Origin: Anaeromyxobacteraceae bacterium
Lineage (GTDB): Bacteria; Myxococcota; Myxococcia; Myxococcales; Anaeromyxobacteraceae
DNA length: 64,000 bases
Assembly: GCA_032654565.1 (NCBI GenBank)
Contig: JAULAX010000009.1
Location: 288,001-352,000 of the forward strand
Direction: 5' to 3'
Under the pieces are notes generated by a model. That model had not been told where the DNA came from and ran no database searches. It saw nothing but the letters and a program-made list of their open reading frames with translations. Made by a program: the position numbers and the translations under genes. Positions 44,110-57,169 of this stretch are shown here, one piece after another (within the stretch, counting starts at the first letter, position 1; each line of letters opens with the position of its first letter).

Positions 44110-44195
44110 ATGGACATCCTCTCGAGTGGACCGAGTCACCGCCGCGGGGGCGAAGGCGTGCGCCGCGGGCGGCCGTGAACGGCCGTGAAGGCGGG

Positions 44196-44224
44196 TGTTT
44201 ACGTCATCGGGTGGGGGGTGTCAA
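44196..44224 (-). promoter_or_regulatory. Putative sigma70 promoter of rpsO-pnp
   Basis: TTGACA-N17-TAAACA about 87 nt upstream of rpsO. Confidence 0.65.
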
Positions 44225-44475
44225 CGTCGGGGCCGGGCGGCGCCCTGGCCCCACCATGCCCCGGTGACCGAAGCTCCCGGGAACAAGGAGGAGGCCCCGG
44301 CTCGAGCGCCCGCTCGCCGACAGGCCGGCGTGGGTCGCCCATTCCTTCGACTGTCGAATGAGTTCGGACGTCCGAACCGTACCCTCGGTCCGTTGAGCAG
44401 ACTTCCCCAGGAACTGCCGTGGCTTGGCCACCGACCCGGTGACGCGCCGACACGCCGACACGCCGGCGATGGTCC

Positions 44476-44758
44476 TCAGGGCGCACAGTAGGCGTCACGC
44501 TGGTACAGACCCGCCACGGTGACGGTGGCGCCTCCCCGGACCACGAACTCGCTGCCGCCACAGGCTGGAGGAGAGGTCGGCGGCGGTGGGCTGGGCGGCG
44601 TCGCGGACCGCGGCCTCGTAGGCCTGGGCGTCACAGGCCAGGGGCTCCGCCGGAGCGCAGCCCGCCAGCAGGAGCGCCATGAGCAGGGCGAGCGCCGCCG
44701 CCGAGGAGAGCGGCGCGCCGCGGTGGGAGTCCGAGGGGCTGATGGGTGTGCCGTCCAT
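44476..44758 (-). pseudogene. Internally deleted, frameshifted lipoprotein gene remnant
   Basis: AGGAG RBS, ATG 44758, lipobox LLAGC, AYEAAVRDAA; after about 44560 a protein-like C-terminus GSEFVVRGGATVTVAGLYQRDAYCAP* continues in another frame. Confidence 0.6.
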
Positions 44759-44870
44759 GGCGCGGGCTCCTGACACGCAGGTGCCATGCAGGTCCTGCAA
44801 CCCAGGTGCCCGGTCCCCCACCCTCCGCCCCCCAGGAATGGCCGTGAACCGCAGGACCGCGCCGGCCCGG

Positions 44871-44917
44871 CCCCTCCTTCGCGATTCCTGACGTCGGGCC
44901 TCGCGAATGGGGGGGGG
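44871..44917. repeat. REP-like palindromic element, copy 2 (degenerate)
   Basis: CCCCTCCTTCGCGATTCCTGACGTCGGGCCTCGCGAATGGGGG aligns with 17972-18015. Confidence 0.65.
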
Positions 44918-45021
44918 CCTCCCCCCCCTGGCCCGGGCGACCGTGAAGGGTCGTAGCCGCGCCACCTCCGGCTTGGTAGAGCCCGGAGCGCGCCGAAGAC
45001 CATCACCAAAGGGAGCCGCCC

Positions 45022-46662
<1,641 letters not shown>

Positions 46663-46787
46663 CCGGAGCGTCGGAGCGGGCCTGGGCCGGGCGCCTGGGC
46701 CGGGCCGGCCTCCCCCTGGGTGGCCCGGATCCGTTCGGGCCCGACGTGGCCGCTTCGGGCAGCCGCTCCGGTGGTGCCTGCGTCCTG

Positions 46788-46805
46788 GTCGCCCGACCGG
46801 GCGAC
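46788..46805 (-). promoter_or_regulatory. Candidate bacterial SECIS element
   Basis: GUCGCCC-GGUC-GGGCGAC hairpin whose loop begins 17 nt after the UGA at 46818-46816. Confidence 0.65.
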
Positions 46806-46806
46806 G

Positions 46807-47034
46807 CTAGAGGCCTCAACCGATCGGACCGCAGGAGCGCCCGGCGCGGGCCACGCCACCGACACCGCCACCACCGCCACCGCCGGATCGGACCGCCGCG
46901 GTGGTCGAGAGCTGGCGCCGCACCTTGCGGGTGTGGCAGGTCGGGCACTCCACCTCCGCCTCGTCGGAGCGTCGGAGGATGAGGGCCTCGAAGGTCACCG
47001 CGCAGGAGGGGCAGGCGTATTCGTAGATCGGCAT
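46807..47034 (-). CDS. FmdB-family zinc-ribbon protein, probable C-terminal selenocysteine (ends 46816 if UGA is a stop)
   Basis: MPIYEYACPSC...CPTC; tail SCGPIG-UGA-GL-UAG. Confidence 0.88.
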
Positions 47035-47092
47035 GGCCCTCGTAGGAGCCACGGGGGGCCGGAAGGGTTCGCCGATCCGCGCCGAACCGCCC

Positions 47093-48028
47093 TCACCCCC
47101 GCGGCGGGGCCCCGGGGACGCCCGGCAGCACCGGCGCGGTGATGACCCGGACCGGCCGCAGCCGGCCCTCCTTCACCTCGCCGACCGCCACCAGCGCGCC
47201 GTCGGGACCGACCACGCGCTTCAGCCCGTCGACCTCGTCGGGGCGGAGCAGCTGGCGCCCCCGCGACAAGGCGATGGCGCCGTTGGCGTCGACGTCGAGC
47301 CGGGGGAAGAAGGCCACCGCGTCGGCGGGCGGGATGATGCGGCCGAGCAGCGCCATCCGGTCGGACTGGGCCAGCCGCTCCAGCTCCTCGAGCGGCAGGG
47401 CGTCGTCGAGCCGGAACGGCCCGGCCACGGTGCGGCGCAGGGCGCAGAGGTGGGCCGGGACGCCCAGCGACCGCCCCAGGTCGGCCGCCAGGGTGCGCAC
47501 GAAGGTCCCCTTGCCGCAGCGGACCGCCAGCTGGACCCGCCGCAGCCCGTCGGCGCCGGTCGGACCGACCTCGCCCAGCTCGAGGGCGTGGACCGTCACC
47601 CGCCGTGCCACCCGCTCCACCGTCTCCCCGGCCCGGGCCGCCTCGTGGAGCCGGCGCCCGTCGACGCGCACCGCCGAGTACATGGGCGGGACCTGGTCCA
47701 GCTCGCCGGTGAGGGCCGGGAGCGCCGCCAGGATGGTCTCCGCGGTCAGTCCCGCCGGGTCGCCGCGGGCGAGCACCGTCCCCTCGGCGTCCTCGGTGGT
47801 GGTGGAGGCGCCGAAGGCCACGGTGGCCAGGTAGCTCTTGTCGCCGTCGGCGAGCCAGCGCTGCAGCTTGAGGGCGTCGCCCAGGCAGAGGGCCAGCAGG
47901 CCGGTGGCGGCCGGATCGAGGGTGCCGGTGTGGCCGGCGTCCTTGGTGCCGAGGGCGCGGCGCACCCGGTGGACCACGTCGTGCGAGGTGGGGCCGGCCG
48001 GCTTGTCGACGAGGAGGACGCCGTTCAT
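47093..48028 (-). CDS. truB: tRNA pseudouridine(55) synthase
   Basis: DKPAGPTSHD, GHTGTLDP, QVPPMYSA, CGKGTFVR. Confidence 0.97.
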   Translation of the reverse strand: MNGVLLVDKPAGPTSHDVVHRVRRALGTKDAGHTGTLDPAATGLLALCLGDALKLQRWLADGDKSYLATVAFGASTTTEDAEGTVLARGDPAGLTAETILAALPALTGELDQVPPMYSAVRVDGRRLHEAARAGETVERVARRVTVHALELGEVGPTGADGLRRVQLAVRCGKGTFVRTLAADLGRSLGVPAHLCALRRTVAGPFRLDDALPLEELERLAQSDRMALLGRIIPPADAVAFFPRLDVDANGAIALSRGRQLLRPDEVDGLKRVVGPDGALVAVGEVKEGRLRPVRVITAPVLPGVPGAPPRG

Positions 48029-48079
48029 GGTCGGGTCCCGGGGGGTGCTCCAGCCCGGCGGCGAGGCCGGGCCGGCCTG

Positions 48080-48514
48080 CTACTTCTGGCCTTCGCCGTC
48101 CGGGGCCGCATCCGGGGCCACTTCCGGCGTGGCGTCCGGCGCGGCGTCCGGGGCGGCGCCGCGGGCGCGGGCCTCCCGCAGCAGCCGGTCGATGCGATCG
48201 CCGCGCTCCACCGACTCGTCGTAGACGATGCGCAGGTGCGGGGTGTGGCGGAGGCCGAGGGCCCGGCTCACCTCGCGCTGCAGGTACGGCGCGGCGGCGC
48301 GCAGCCCCTCCAGCGTCGCCTTCTTCACCGGCTCGTCGCCGAGGATGGAGAGGTAGACGGTGATGTCCTTCAGGTCCGGCGCCATCTTGGCCCCGGTGAC
48401 GGTCACCAGGCCGGTGACGCGCGGGTCCTTGAGGCCACCGCGCGTCAGCAGCATGCTGAGCTCGTGGGTGAACTCGCTGGCCACCTGGGCCGGCCTGTCG
48501 TGTCCCCTGCCCAT
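48080..48514 (-). CDS. rbfA: Ribosome-binding factor A
   Basis: LKDPRV, LRHTPHL..YDES; located between infB and truB. Confidence 0.93.
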   Translation of the reverse strand: MGRGHDRPAQVASEFTHELSMLLTRGGLKDPRVTGLVTVTGAKMAPDLKDITVYLSILGDEPVKKATLEGLRAAAPYLQREVSRALGLRHTPHLRIVYDESVERGDRIDRLLREARARGAAPDAAPDATPEVAPDAAPDGEGQK

Positions 48515-48580
48515 GGCTTCTCCCGCGACGGCCCATCGCCCGGGCGCGCCACGCCGCCCCGGGGGGCGGCGCCGCGTCGC

Positions 48581-51286
48581 CTAGTCGATCGACTGCCGGA
48601 TCTCCTCGAGCTCGTAGCACTCGATGACGTCGCCGGCCTTGAAGTCGGTGTAGGCGTCGATGCCGATGCCGCACTCGAGCGGGGCCAGCACCTCGCGGAC
48701 GTCGTCCTTGAGCCGCTTCAGCGAGACGATCTTGCCGGTGTGGACCGGCTTCTTGTCGCGCATGACCCGGCCGTGGTGGTTGCGCTTGATGGCGCCCTCG
48801 GTGACCGCCGAGCCGGCGATGGTGCCGACCCTGGTGATGTTGAAGACCTGGCGGACCTCGGCCTTGCCCAGCGGCTTCTCCTTGATGATGGGCGGCAGCA
48901 GCGTCGCCATCTCCAGGCGGATGGTGTCGACGGCCTCGTAGATGATGTCGAAGAGCAGGATGCGCACGCCCTGCTGGCTGGCGATCTGCTCCACCTTGGT
49001 CTCGGGCTTGGTGTGGAAGCCGACGATGATCCCCTTGCCGGCCGCCGCGGTGAGCACGTCCGACTCGGTGATGTTGCCGACCCCGGAGGCCAGCACCCGG
49101 ACCCCGACCTTCTTGGTGGCGCACTTCTCCAGCGCCTGGCTGACCGCCTCGGAGGAGCCCTGCACGTCGGCCTTGACCACCACGTTGAGGGCCTTGGCCG
49201 AGGTGGCCTTGCCCTTGGAGAAGAGGTCCTCCAGGGTGGCCCGCTTCACCGAGGCCATCGACTTCTGGCGGGACTTCTCGGCGCGGTGGGTGGCCACCTC
49301 CTTGGCGGCCTTCTCGTCCTCGACCACGTCGAACTCGTCGCCGGCGGTGGGCACGCCCGACAGGCCCAGCACCTCGACGGGGAAGCCCGGGCCGACCTCC
49401 TTCACCAGCTCGCCGCGCTCGTTCATCATGGCGCGGACCTTGCCGTACTCGGAGCCGGTCACCAGGGCGTCGCCGATGCGCAGCGTCCCCTCCTGCACCA
49501 GCACGGTGGCCACCGGGCCGCGCCCCTTCTCCAGCTTGGCCTCGATGACCACGCCGGTGGCGAGCATCTCGGGGTTGGACTTGAGGTCGAGCACCTCGGC
49601 CTGCAGGGCGATGTACTCGAGCAGCTCGGGCAGCCCCTGCTTGGTGCGGGCCGACACCGGCATCATGATGGTGGTGCCGCCCCACTGCTCGCCGACCAGC
49701 TCGTACTCGGTGAGCTGCTGCATGACCCGCTCCGGCTGGGCGCCGGGCTTGTCGATCTTGTTGATGGCCACCAGGATGGTGACCCCGGCAGCCTTGGCGT
49801 GCTTGATGGCCTCGATGGTCTGCGGCATGACGCCGTCGTCGGCGGCCACCACCAGCACCACCAGGTCGGTGACCTTGGCGCCGCGCTCGCGCATGGCGGT
49901 GAAGGCCTCGTGGCCCGGGGTGTCGAGGAAGGTGATGGACCCGTGGGTGGTCATCACCGAGTAGGCGCCGATGTGCTGGGTGATGCCGCCCTTCTCGCCG
50001 GCGGCGACGTCGGCCTTGCGGATGGCGTCGAGCAGCGAGGTCTTGCCGTGGTCGACGTGGCCCATGACCGTGACCACCGGCGGGCGGTTGACCAGCTTCG
50101 ACTCGTCGACGGCGATCTCGGGGATGTACTCCTCCACCTCGAAGCCCTGCTTCTCGACGGTGAAGCCGAAGTCGGTGGCCAGCAGCGCCGCGGTGTCGGC
50201 GTCGATGAGCGCGTTGATGGTGACCATCTTGCCGCCGGCCATCAGCTTGCGGATCAGGTCGGAGGCCTTGACGCCCATGGCCTGCGACAGGCCGGAGACC
50301 GAGATCGACTCCTCGATGCGGATGACCTTCTTGTGCTCGGCGCGCTCGGTCACCTGCGTCTTCGCCCCCTTCTTGGTCGGCTTCTTCTTCTTGCCGCGGA
50401 CCGGCACGTAGGTGCGGTCCTGCATGGCGGCGGTCAGCAGCTCCTTGGGGTTGAGCGTCTTGGCCGCCTCCTCGGTGGGGCGCCCGGCGGTCCGCTTGTT
50501 CTTGGCGTTCTTGTCGCGGCTGACGTCGATGAACTCGCGCTCGCGGCCCAGCGAGCCGGGGACCACCTTGAGCTCGCGGACCTCGCCGAGGGCGCGGGGG
50601 CCGGGCGCGGCCGGGAAGCGGCTGCCGGAGCCGGTGGGCGGGGTGACCCGGCGCACCGGGATGAGCGGCCGGGAGAGCACCACCGCCTGGGTGGCGGTGG
50701 GGCGCTGGGTGCGCGGGTCGATCTGCGGACGGGGCGGCGCCGCCGGGATGGCCGGGGTGGCGGCGGCCGGGGTGGCGGCGGCGGGCGCCGCCGGGGCGCC
50801 CGGGGTGGCCGGCGCGGCGGGCGCGGGCGGGTGGGCGGCGGCGGCGGCCGGGTCGGCGGCGGTCGCGGTCGCGGCCTCGGCGGTGACCGGGGCCTGGGGC
50901 TCGGCCTCGACGGCCGCCTCGGGCGCGGGCGCCTCGACCGGCGGCTCCTCCTCGACGAACTCCGGCGCCTCCTCGGGCTCCGGCTCGGGCTCGGGCTCGG
51001 GCTGCGCCGCCACCGGGACCGGCGGCGGGGCCGGCGGCACCGGGATGGTCGACTTCTTGCGGACCACGAAGCCGGGCCCGGAGGGGCGCGGGGGGGCGGC
51101 CTTGGGCTTCTTCTCGCCGACGATCTTCTCGAAGGCGGCCTGGGCCTGGTCGTCGTCGAGCGACGACGAGTGGCTCTTCACTTCGAAGCCGAGCTGGTGA
51201 AGCCGGTCGACGAGCTCCTGGTTGGAGAGCTCGATGCCGTGCTCCTTGAGCTGCTTCGCCAGCTCGTGAACGCGCTTCTTGGACAT
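48581..51286 (-). CDS. infB: Translation initiation factor IF-2
   Basis: [30 protein letters not shown]. Confidence 0.98.
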   Translation of the reverse strand: MSKKRVHELAKQLKEHGIELSNQELVDRLHQLGFEVKSHSSSLDDDQAQAAFEKIVGEKKPKAAPPRPSGPGFVVRKKSTIPVPPAPPPVPVAAQPEPEPEPEPEEAPEFVEEEPPVEAPAPEAAVEAEPQAPVTAEAATATAADPAAAAAHPPAPAAPATPGAPAAPAAATPAAATPAIPAAPPRPQIDPRTQRPTATQAVVLSRPLIPVRRVTPPTGSGSRFPAAPGPRALGEVRELKVVPGSLGREREFIDVSRDKNAKNKRTAGRPTEEAAKTLNPKELLTAAMQDRTYVPVRGKKKKPTKKGAKTQVTERAEHKKVIRIEESISVSGLSQAMGVKASDLIRKLMAGGKMVTINALIDADTAALLATDFGFTVEKQGFEVEEYIPEIAVDESKLVNRPPVVTVMGHVDHGKTSLLDAIRKADVAAGEKGGITQHIGAYSVMTTHGSITFLDTPGHEAFTAMRERGAKVTDLVVLVVAADDGVMPQTIEAIKHAKAAGVTILVAINKIDKPGAQPERVMQQLTEYELVGEQWGGTTIMMPVSARTKQGLPELLEYIALQAEVLDLKSNPEMLATGVVIEAKLEKGRGPVATVLVQEGTLRIGDALVTGSEYGKVRAMMNERGELVKEVGPGFPVEVLGLSGVPTAGDEFDVVEDEKAAKEVATHRAEKSRQKSMASVKRATLEDLFSKGKATSAKALNVVVKADVQGSSEAVSQALEKCATKKVGVRVLASGVGNITESDVLTAAAGKGIIVGFHTKPETKVEQIASQQGVRILLFDIIYEAVDTIRLEMATLLPPIIKEKPLGKAEVRQVFNITRVGTIAGSAVTEGAIKRNHHGRVMRDKKPVHTGKIVSLKRLKDDVREVLAPLECGIGIDAYTDFKAGDVIECYELEEIRQSID

Positions 51287-51298
51287 GTGTCTCGACTC

Positions 51299-51561
51299 CT
51301 AATACTTGCCGACAACGACCGTCAACTCACCGCGGAGCGCGTCCGCGTCCACCGTCACATCCCCGCGCCGGAAGGCCCGGTTGAAGCTGCGCCGCTTCAG
51401 GGCCCGCTCCAGGCACCCCAGCTCGCGGTGCAGCCAGGCACCGCGCCCGCCGCTCCGCTTCGAATCCCACTCCACGCGCGCACCGTCTCCGACCCGGACC
51501 CGGGCCAGCATCGCCTGGGCGGCGGCCTCGCCGCAGCCCACGCAGGTCCGGACCGGGGCGG

Positions 51562-51565
<4 letters not shown>
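51299..51565 (-). CDS. ylxR: YlxR/DUF448-family RNA-binding protein
   Basis: GTG start overlapping the nusA stop; PVRTCVGC...GRGAWLH...C; located between nusA and infB. Confidence 0.88.
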
Positions 51566-53223
<1,658 letters not shown>

Positions 53224-53226
53224 GGC

Positions 53227-53742
53227 TCAGTCCTTCCTGCGGAGCTCGGCCTCGAAGTCGTACTCGAGGTTGGCCTTGGCGATCTGGTCGTGGGGGACGC
53301 GGTGGAGCACGCCGTCGACGTCGATCTCGACGGCAGCGTCCTTGAAACCCTTGAGGAGGCCGGTCCAGTGCTTGCGGGCCGGCGAGGCGGGGGCGGTGCC
53401 GACCACCGGCCCGTAGGTCTTGATGCGGGCGCGCTGCCCGGCGAAGCGCTCGAAGTCCGAGGGCTTGCGGAGCGGTCGCTCCAGCCCGGGGGAGGAGACC
53501 TCGAGGTCGTAGGCCGGCTCGATGAAGTCCTCGACGTCGAGGACCGGCTCGACGATCCGGCTGACCGCCTGGCAGTCGTCGACGCCGAAGCCGCCGGCCT
53601 TGTCGACGAAGAGGCGCAGCGTCCAGCGCCCTCCGGCGCGGGACCACTCCACCTCGACGAGCTCGTAGCCGTCGCGGACGAGGATTGGCTCGAGCAGCCG
53701 CCGCGCCTGCTCCGCGATCGGTTGATGTGCGATGCCAGTCAT
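53227..53742 (-). CDS. rimP: Ribosome maturation factor RimP
   Basis: LRLFVDK, DDCQAVS, YDLEVSSPGLERPL; GAGG RBS before ATG 53742. Confidence 0.95.
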   Translation of the reverse strand: MTGIAHQPIAEQARRLLEPILVRDGYELVEVEWSRAGGRWTLRLFVDKAGGFGVDDCQAVSRIVEPVLDVEDFIEPAYDLEVSSPGLERPLRKPSDFERFAGQRARIKTYGPVVGTAPASPARKHWTGLLKGFKDAAVEIDVDGVLHRVPHDQIAKANLEYDFEAELRRKD

Positions 53743-53756
53743 GTCCTCGAATCCAG

Positions 53757-53791
53757 AAAAGAAAAAAGCGGGCGCTGCTGCGGCCCACTTT
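53757..53791 (-). terminator. rimP leader attenuator/terminator hairpin
   Basis: AAAGTGGGC-cgcagcagc-GCCCGCTTTTTTCTTTT between a TTGACC-N17-TACCTA promoter (53859-53831) and rimP. Confidence 0.7.
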
Positions 53792-53934
53792 CGTACCCGG
53801 TCGCCCGGGAACATCGAAAATGTGGGGGCTTAGGTAGCAGAACGGGCGGCCCGGGTCAAGGCGAGCGGGGGCCCGGTCACCCGCCCGGGCGACCCGTGAA
53901 ACCCGACGGATCCTCAGCCAGGACGAGGGGTTGG

Positions 53935-54891
53935 CTACTTCGACGACGCGTCGAGCCAGACGCCGAGCCCCTGGGCGTTGAGCTCGAGGTCGTTCCCGAA
54001 GACCTCCACCGCCTCGGCCGCGGGGAGCGGCACCCGGCCCCGGGCCAGCCCGGCGCGGAGCTGGGCGGTCAGGGCGGCCTTGATGGCCTGGTGGCGGCCG
54101 GGGCCGGGCGGAGCGGCCCGGGCGGCGGCGACGTGGTCGTCGATGCCGCGGTGGAGGGTGGCGGCGTGGGCGGCCAGGTCGCCCTGCACCATCCCGAAGT
54201 GGGTGAGGTAGACCCGCTCCGGCCGCTCGGCCAGCATCCGGTCGAGGGTGGCGTGGAGCGCCGCCGGATCGAACTGCACCGGGGTGGTGGAGATGAAGAA
54301 GAAGGGGCCGTCGGGGCCGCCGTCGGTCTCGCGGTAGCTGAGGCCGAAGGAGTCGCCGGTGAAGAAGCCGCGGGTGGCCTCGTCGAAGACCACGAAGTGG
54401 TGCTTGGCGTGGCCGGGGGCGTCGAGGAAGCGCAGCGGCCGGGCCCCCAGGTCCAGGGTGAAGCCGTCCGGCGCCTCCACCACCCGCGCCGCCGCCACCG
54501 GGATGGGGTCGCCGTACATGGCCCGGGTCGGCTCCTCGCCGTAGACGGCGACGGTGCCGGCCCAGAGCTTGGCCGGATCGACGAGGTGCCGGGCGCCGCG
54601 GGGGTGGGCCACCAGGGTGGCCGCCGGCAAGGCCTGCATCAGGGCGCCGGCGCCGCCGGCGTGATCGAGGTGGACGTGGGTGACGATGACGTGGCTCACC
54701 GCCTCGCGGGCGATGCCGAGCTGCGCCAGGCCGGCCAGCACCCGGGGGACGGCGTGGACGTGGCCGGTCTCGACCACGGCGGCCGAGTCGCGGCCGCGGA
54801 GGATGTAGCAGGCGGCCAGGTCGGGCCGCATGTAGCCGGTGTCGACGAGGTGGACGCCGGGGGCGACTTCACGGGCGGGGGCGGTCGGCAT
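53935..54891 (-). CDS. MBL-fold metallo-hydrolase
   Basis: THVHLDHAGG, PGHAKHH, FTGD, THFG. Confidence 0.92.
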   Translation of the reverse strand: MPTAPAREVAPGVHLVDTGYMRPDLAACYILRGRDSAAVVETGHVHAVPRVLAGLAQLGIAREAVSHVIVTHVHLDHAGGAGALMQALPAATLVAHPRGARHLVDPAKLWAGTVAVYGEEPTRAMYGDPIPVAAARVVEAPDGFTLDLGARPLRFLDAPGHAKHHFVVFDEATRGFFTGDSFGLSYRETDGGPDGPFFFISTTPVQFDPAALHATLDRMLAERPERVYLTHFGMVQGDLAAHAATLHRGIDDHVAAARAAPPGPGRHQAIKAALTAQLRAGLARGRVPLPAAEAVEVFGNDLELNAQGLGVWLDASSK

Positions 54892-54893
54892 GG

Positions 54894-56378
54894 TCACCTG
54901 GACAGCGCGATGGCGGGGGGCTTCCACGTGCCATCGAGGATGGAGGGGGGCTTCTCGTTCGGCCAGGCGATCGCCAGGGTGAGCGTGTACGGGCCGGCCG
55001 GCGCCGGGAGCCAGTTGGCCTCCTGGCCCTTGCCCGGGGGGTCCCTCTGGATGATGAGCTCGAGCGACCCGTCCTTGTCGAAGCGGAGCCGGTCGCGCGA
55101 GCCGAGGGCGTGGCGGTTGAGCTTGTTGGCGACGAAGGCCCGCCGGCCGTCGTGCAGGGTGAGCGACCAGGAGGCGGTGGCCGGCGGCAGCTGGCCCCGG
55201 GGGAAGCGGAGCCGGTGCCGCTTCGACCCGTCGAGCGGCGCGCCGTCGGCGTCGGTCTCCGCCACCAGGGTGACGAGATCCTGGCGCCGGCTGGCCCCCA
55301 GCGCCGTCGAGGCCATGGCGGCCCGCTGCAGGTGGTCGGTGCCGTAGGCGCCGATGCCCCCGACCCGCACCAACCAGCCGTTGACGTGGGCGTGGGACCG
55401 CTCGACCTGGGCCGCGATCCTGGCCAGCGCCGCGCTGGGGGCCCCGGCCAGCGACCGCATGGCCACCGCGTCGAGCGAGGCCCCGTCGAAGTCCTTCCCG
55501 GGGGCCAGGCCGATCCGGGCCAGCGCCGCCCGCGGCGCGGCGTCGGCGGCGGCCGGGGGGTTGGACTTGAGCGCGGCGGCCAGCAGGCTGAAGTAGGCCA
55601 CGGCGTCGAGGGCCTGCACCTGCTCCCTGACCGGGGTCTTCATGTCGATGGCCGGGTCGGGCCGGACCACCGGTGGCGGGCGACGCTTGCCGAGCGACGA
55701 CAGCGGGGCCAGCTCCAGCTGGTCCTGCAGGGCGTGGACCTCGGCCAGGTCCCTGGCGGTGCCGGTGGTGGCGATCCGACCCCGCACCCAGACCAGGCCG
55801 GTGGGCGACTTCAGCTCGGTGACGCTGCCGGGCAGCCTCCCCTTCCAGCCCGGGCCGGTGATGGCGAGCCGCTGCGCCCGGGTGCCGGTGGTCCTGGCGC
55901 CGGCCATGGCGAAGGCGTCGGTCCAGCCGGAGTGGAGGGAGAGCAGGAGGTAGCGTCCCCGGGTGTCGGGCAGGCTCACCACCCAGGGCTCGGCGCTGAC
56001 GTCGAGCCAGGCCTGGAAGGACAGGGTGTCGGCGTCGGGGGCGGCGGACTCGCGGTCGGCCGGCGTCGGCAGGGCGCGCTGCCGGGCCAGCTGCCCCATG
56101 GGCGCCAGCCGGTCGCCGGTCGGCCTCGCCACGTTGGTCTGGGCCCGGCGGGTCAGCTCCATGCTCACCAGCGGGTAGCCGTAGACGTAGGCCTCGACGG
56201 CGGCCTCCAGCAGCTCCTTCTCGCGGGCCGACTCGGTGGCCGCGGCGGCGGCGGCCGCGGCGGTCGCGGCGTCGGCGGTCGGGGGCGCCGGGCGGGCGGG
56301 CGCCGGCTTCTCGCAGGCGGTGAGCGCCAGGAGCGCCCCGGCGACGACGGGCAGCGCGCGGGGTGAAGATCGGAGCAT
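54894..56378 (-). CDS. DUF1254/DUF1214 lipoprotein
   Basis: Lipobox ALTAC, AYVYGYPLV, PDADTL, GPGWKG, NWLPAP. Confidence 0.85.
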   Translation of the reverse strand: MLRSSPRALPVVAGALLALTACEKPAPARPAPPTADAATAAAAAAAATESAREKELLEAAVEAYVYGYPLVSMELTRRAQTNVARPTGDRLAPMGQLARQRALPTPADRESAAPDADTLSFQAWLDVSAEPWVVSLPDTRGRYLLLSLHSGWTDAFAMAGARTTGTRAQRLAITGPGWKGRLPGSVTELKSPTGLVWVRGRIATTGTARDLAEVHALQDQLELAPLSSLGKRRPPPVVRPDPAIDMKTPVREQVQALDAVAYFSLLAAALKSNPPAAADAAPRAALARIGLAPGKDFDGASLDAVAMRSLAGAPSAALARIAAQVERSHAHVNGWLVRVGGIGAYGTDHLQRAAMASTALGASRRQDLVTLVAETDADGAPLDGSKRHRLRFPRGQLPPATASWSLTLHDGRRAFVANKLNRHALGSRDRLRFDKDGSLELIIQRDPPGKGQEANWLPAPAGPYTLTLAIAWPNEKPPSILDGTWKPPAIALSR

Positions 56379-56495
56379 GGTTCCTTCCTCCTGGCGGGGG
56401 CCCGGGGTACGCGCCAGCCGCCTCCCGGGGTCCAGGCGAGCGCGGAAGTATAGCGGTTGTGCGGGCGGCGCCGCCCGGGATTAGACTCGGTCCCG

Positions 56496-57152
56496 ATGTG
56501 CGGCCGCTTCTCGCTCACCCTCGCCGATCTCGCCGCCCTGGCCCGCGAGTGGTCCGCCGACCTCGACGCGCTGCTGGCCGAGCGCTGGCGGCCGCGCTTC
56601 AACGTCGCCCCCGGGCAGGCCCACCCGGTCCTGCGCGAGGTGGCGGGGCGGCGGCGGCTGGAGCCGGCCACCTTCGGCCTGGCCGGGCCGCGGGGGACGC
56701 TGCTCCCCAACGCCCGCTCCGAGACCGCCGCCGAGCGGCGCACCTTCGCGGCGCCGCTGCGCCAGGCGCGCTGCGCCGTCCCCGTCGACGGCTTCTACGA
56801 GTGGGAGGGCCCCCCCTCGGCCCGGCGGCCCAGCTGGTTCCACCGCGACGACGGGGCCCCCCTGCTGCTGGCGGCGGTGGTGGCCGCGGCGCCGGACGGG
56901 CGCCCCGGCTTCGCCATCCTCACCACGGCGGCGGTCGAGCCGGTGGCCCGGCTCCACGACCGCATGCCCGTCCTCCTGCCGCCGGAGCTGGTGGACACCT
57001 GGCTGGCCGCCGGCGCGCCGCCGCCCTTCCCGGCCCCCCGCCCCGGCCTGCTCTCGGCCCGGCTCGTTTCACCGCGCGTCAACTCCGTGGCCGCCGACGA
57101 CCCGGGGTGCCTCGACCCGCCGCGGCCGGAGGGGCAGCTGCGGCTGCTGTAG
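56496..57152 (+). CDS. SRAP family abasic-site crosslinking protein (YedK/HMCES-like)
   Basis: N-terminal MCGRF, NARSET, DGFYEW, HDRMP. Confidence 0.93.
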   Translation: MCGRFSLTLADLAALAREWSADLDALLAERWRPRFNVAPGQAHPVLREVAGRRRLEPATFGLAGPRGTLLPNARSETAAERRTFAAPLRQARCAVPVDGFYEWEGPPSARRPSWFHRDDGAPLLLAAVVAAAPDGRPGFAILTTAAVEPVARLHDRMPVLLPPELVDTWLAAGAPPPFPAPRPGLLSARLVSPRVNSVAADDPGCLDPPRPEGQLRLL

Positions 57153-57169
57153 GGGGGGGGGCGGCGTCC

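Noticed and set aside
44260..44443. 9-bp direct repeat CCCGGTGAC as a possible target-site duplication
   Set aside because: A GC-rich 9-mer is plausible by chance, with no terminal inverted repeats or transposase.
50740..51040. Pro/Ala/Glu low-complexity repeats
   Set aside because: Ordinary variable linker of the IF-2 N-terminus.
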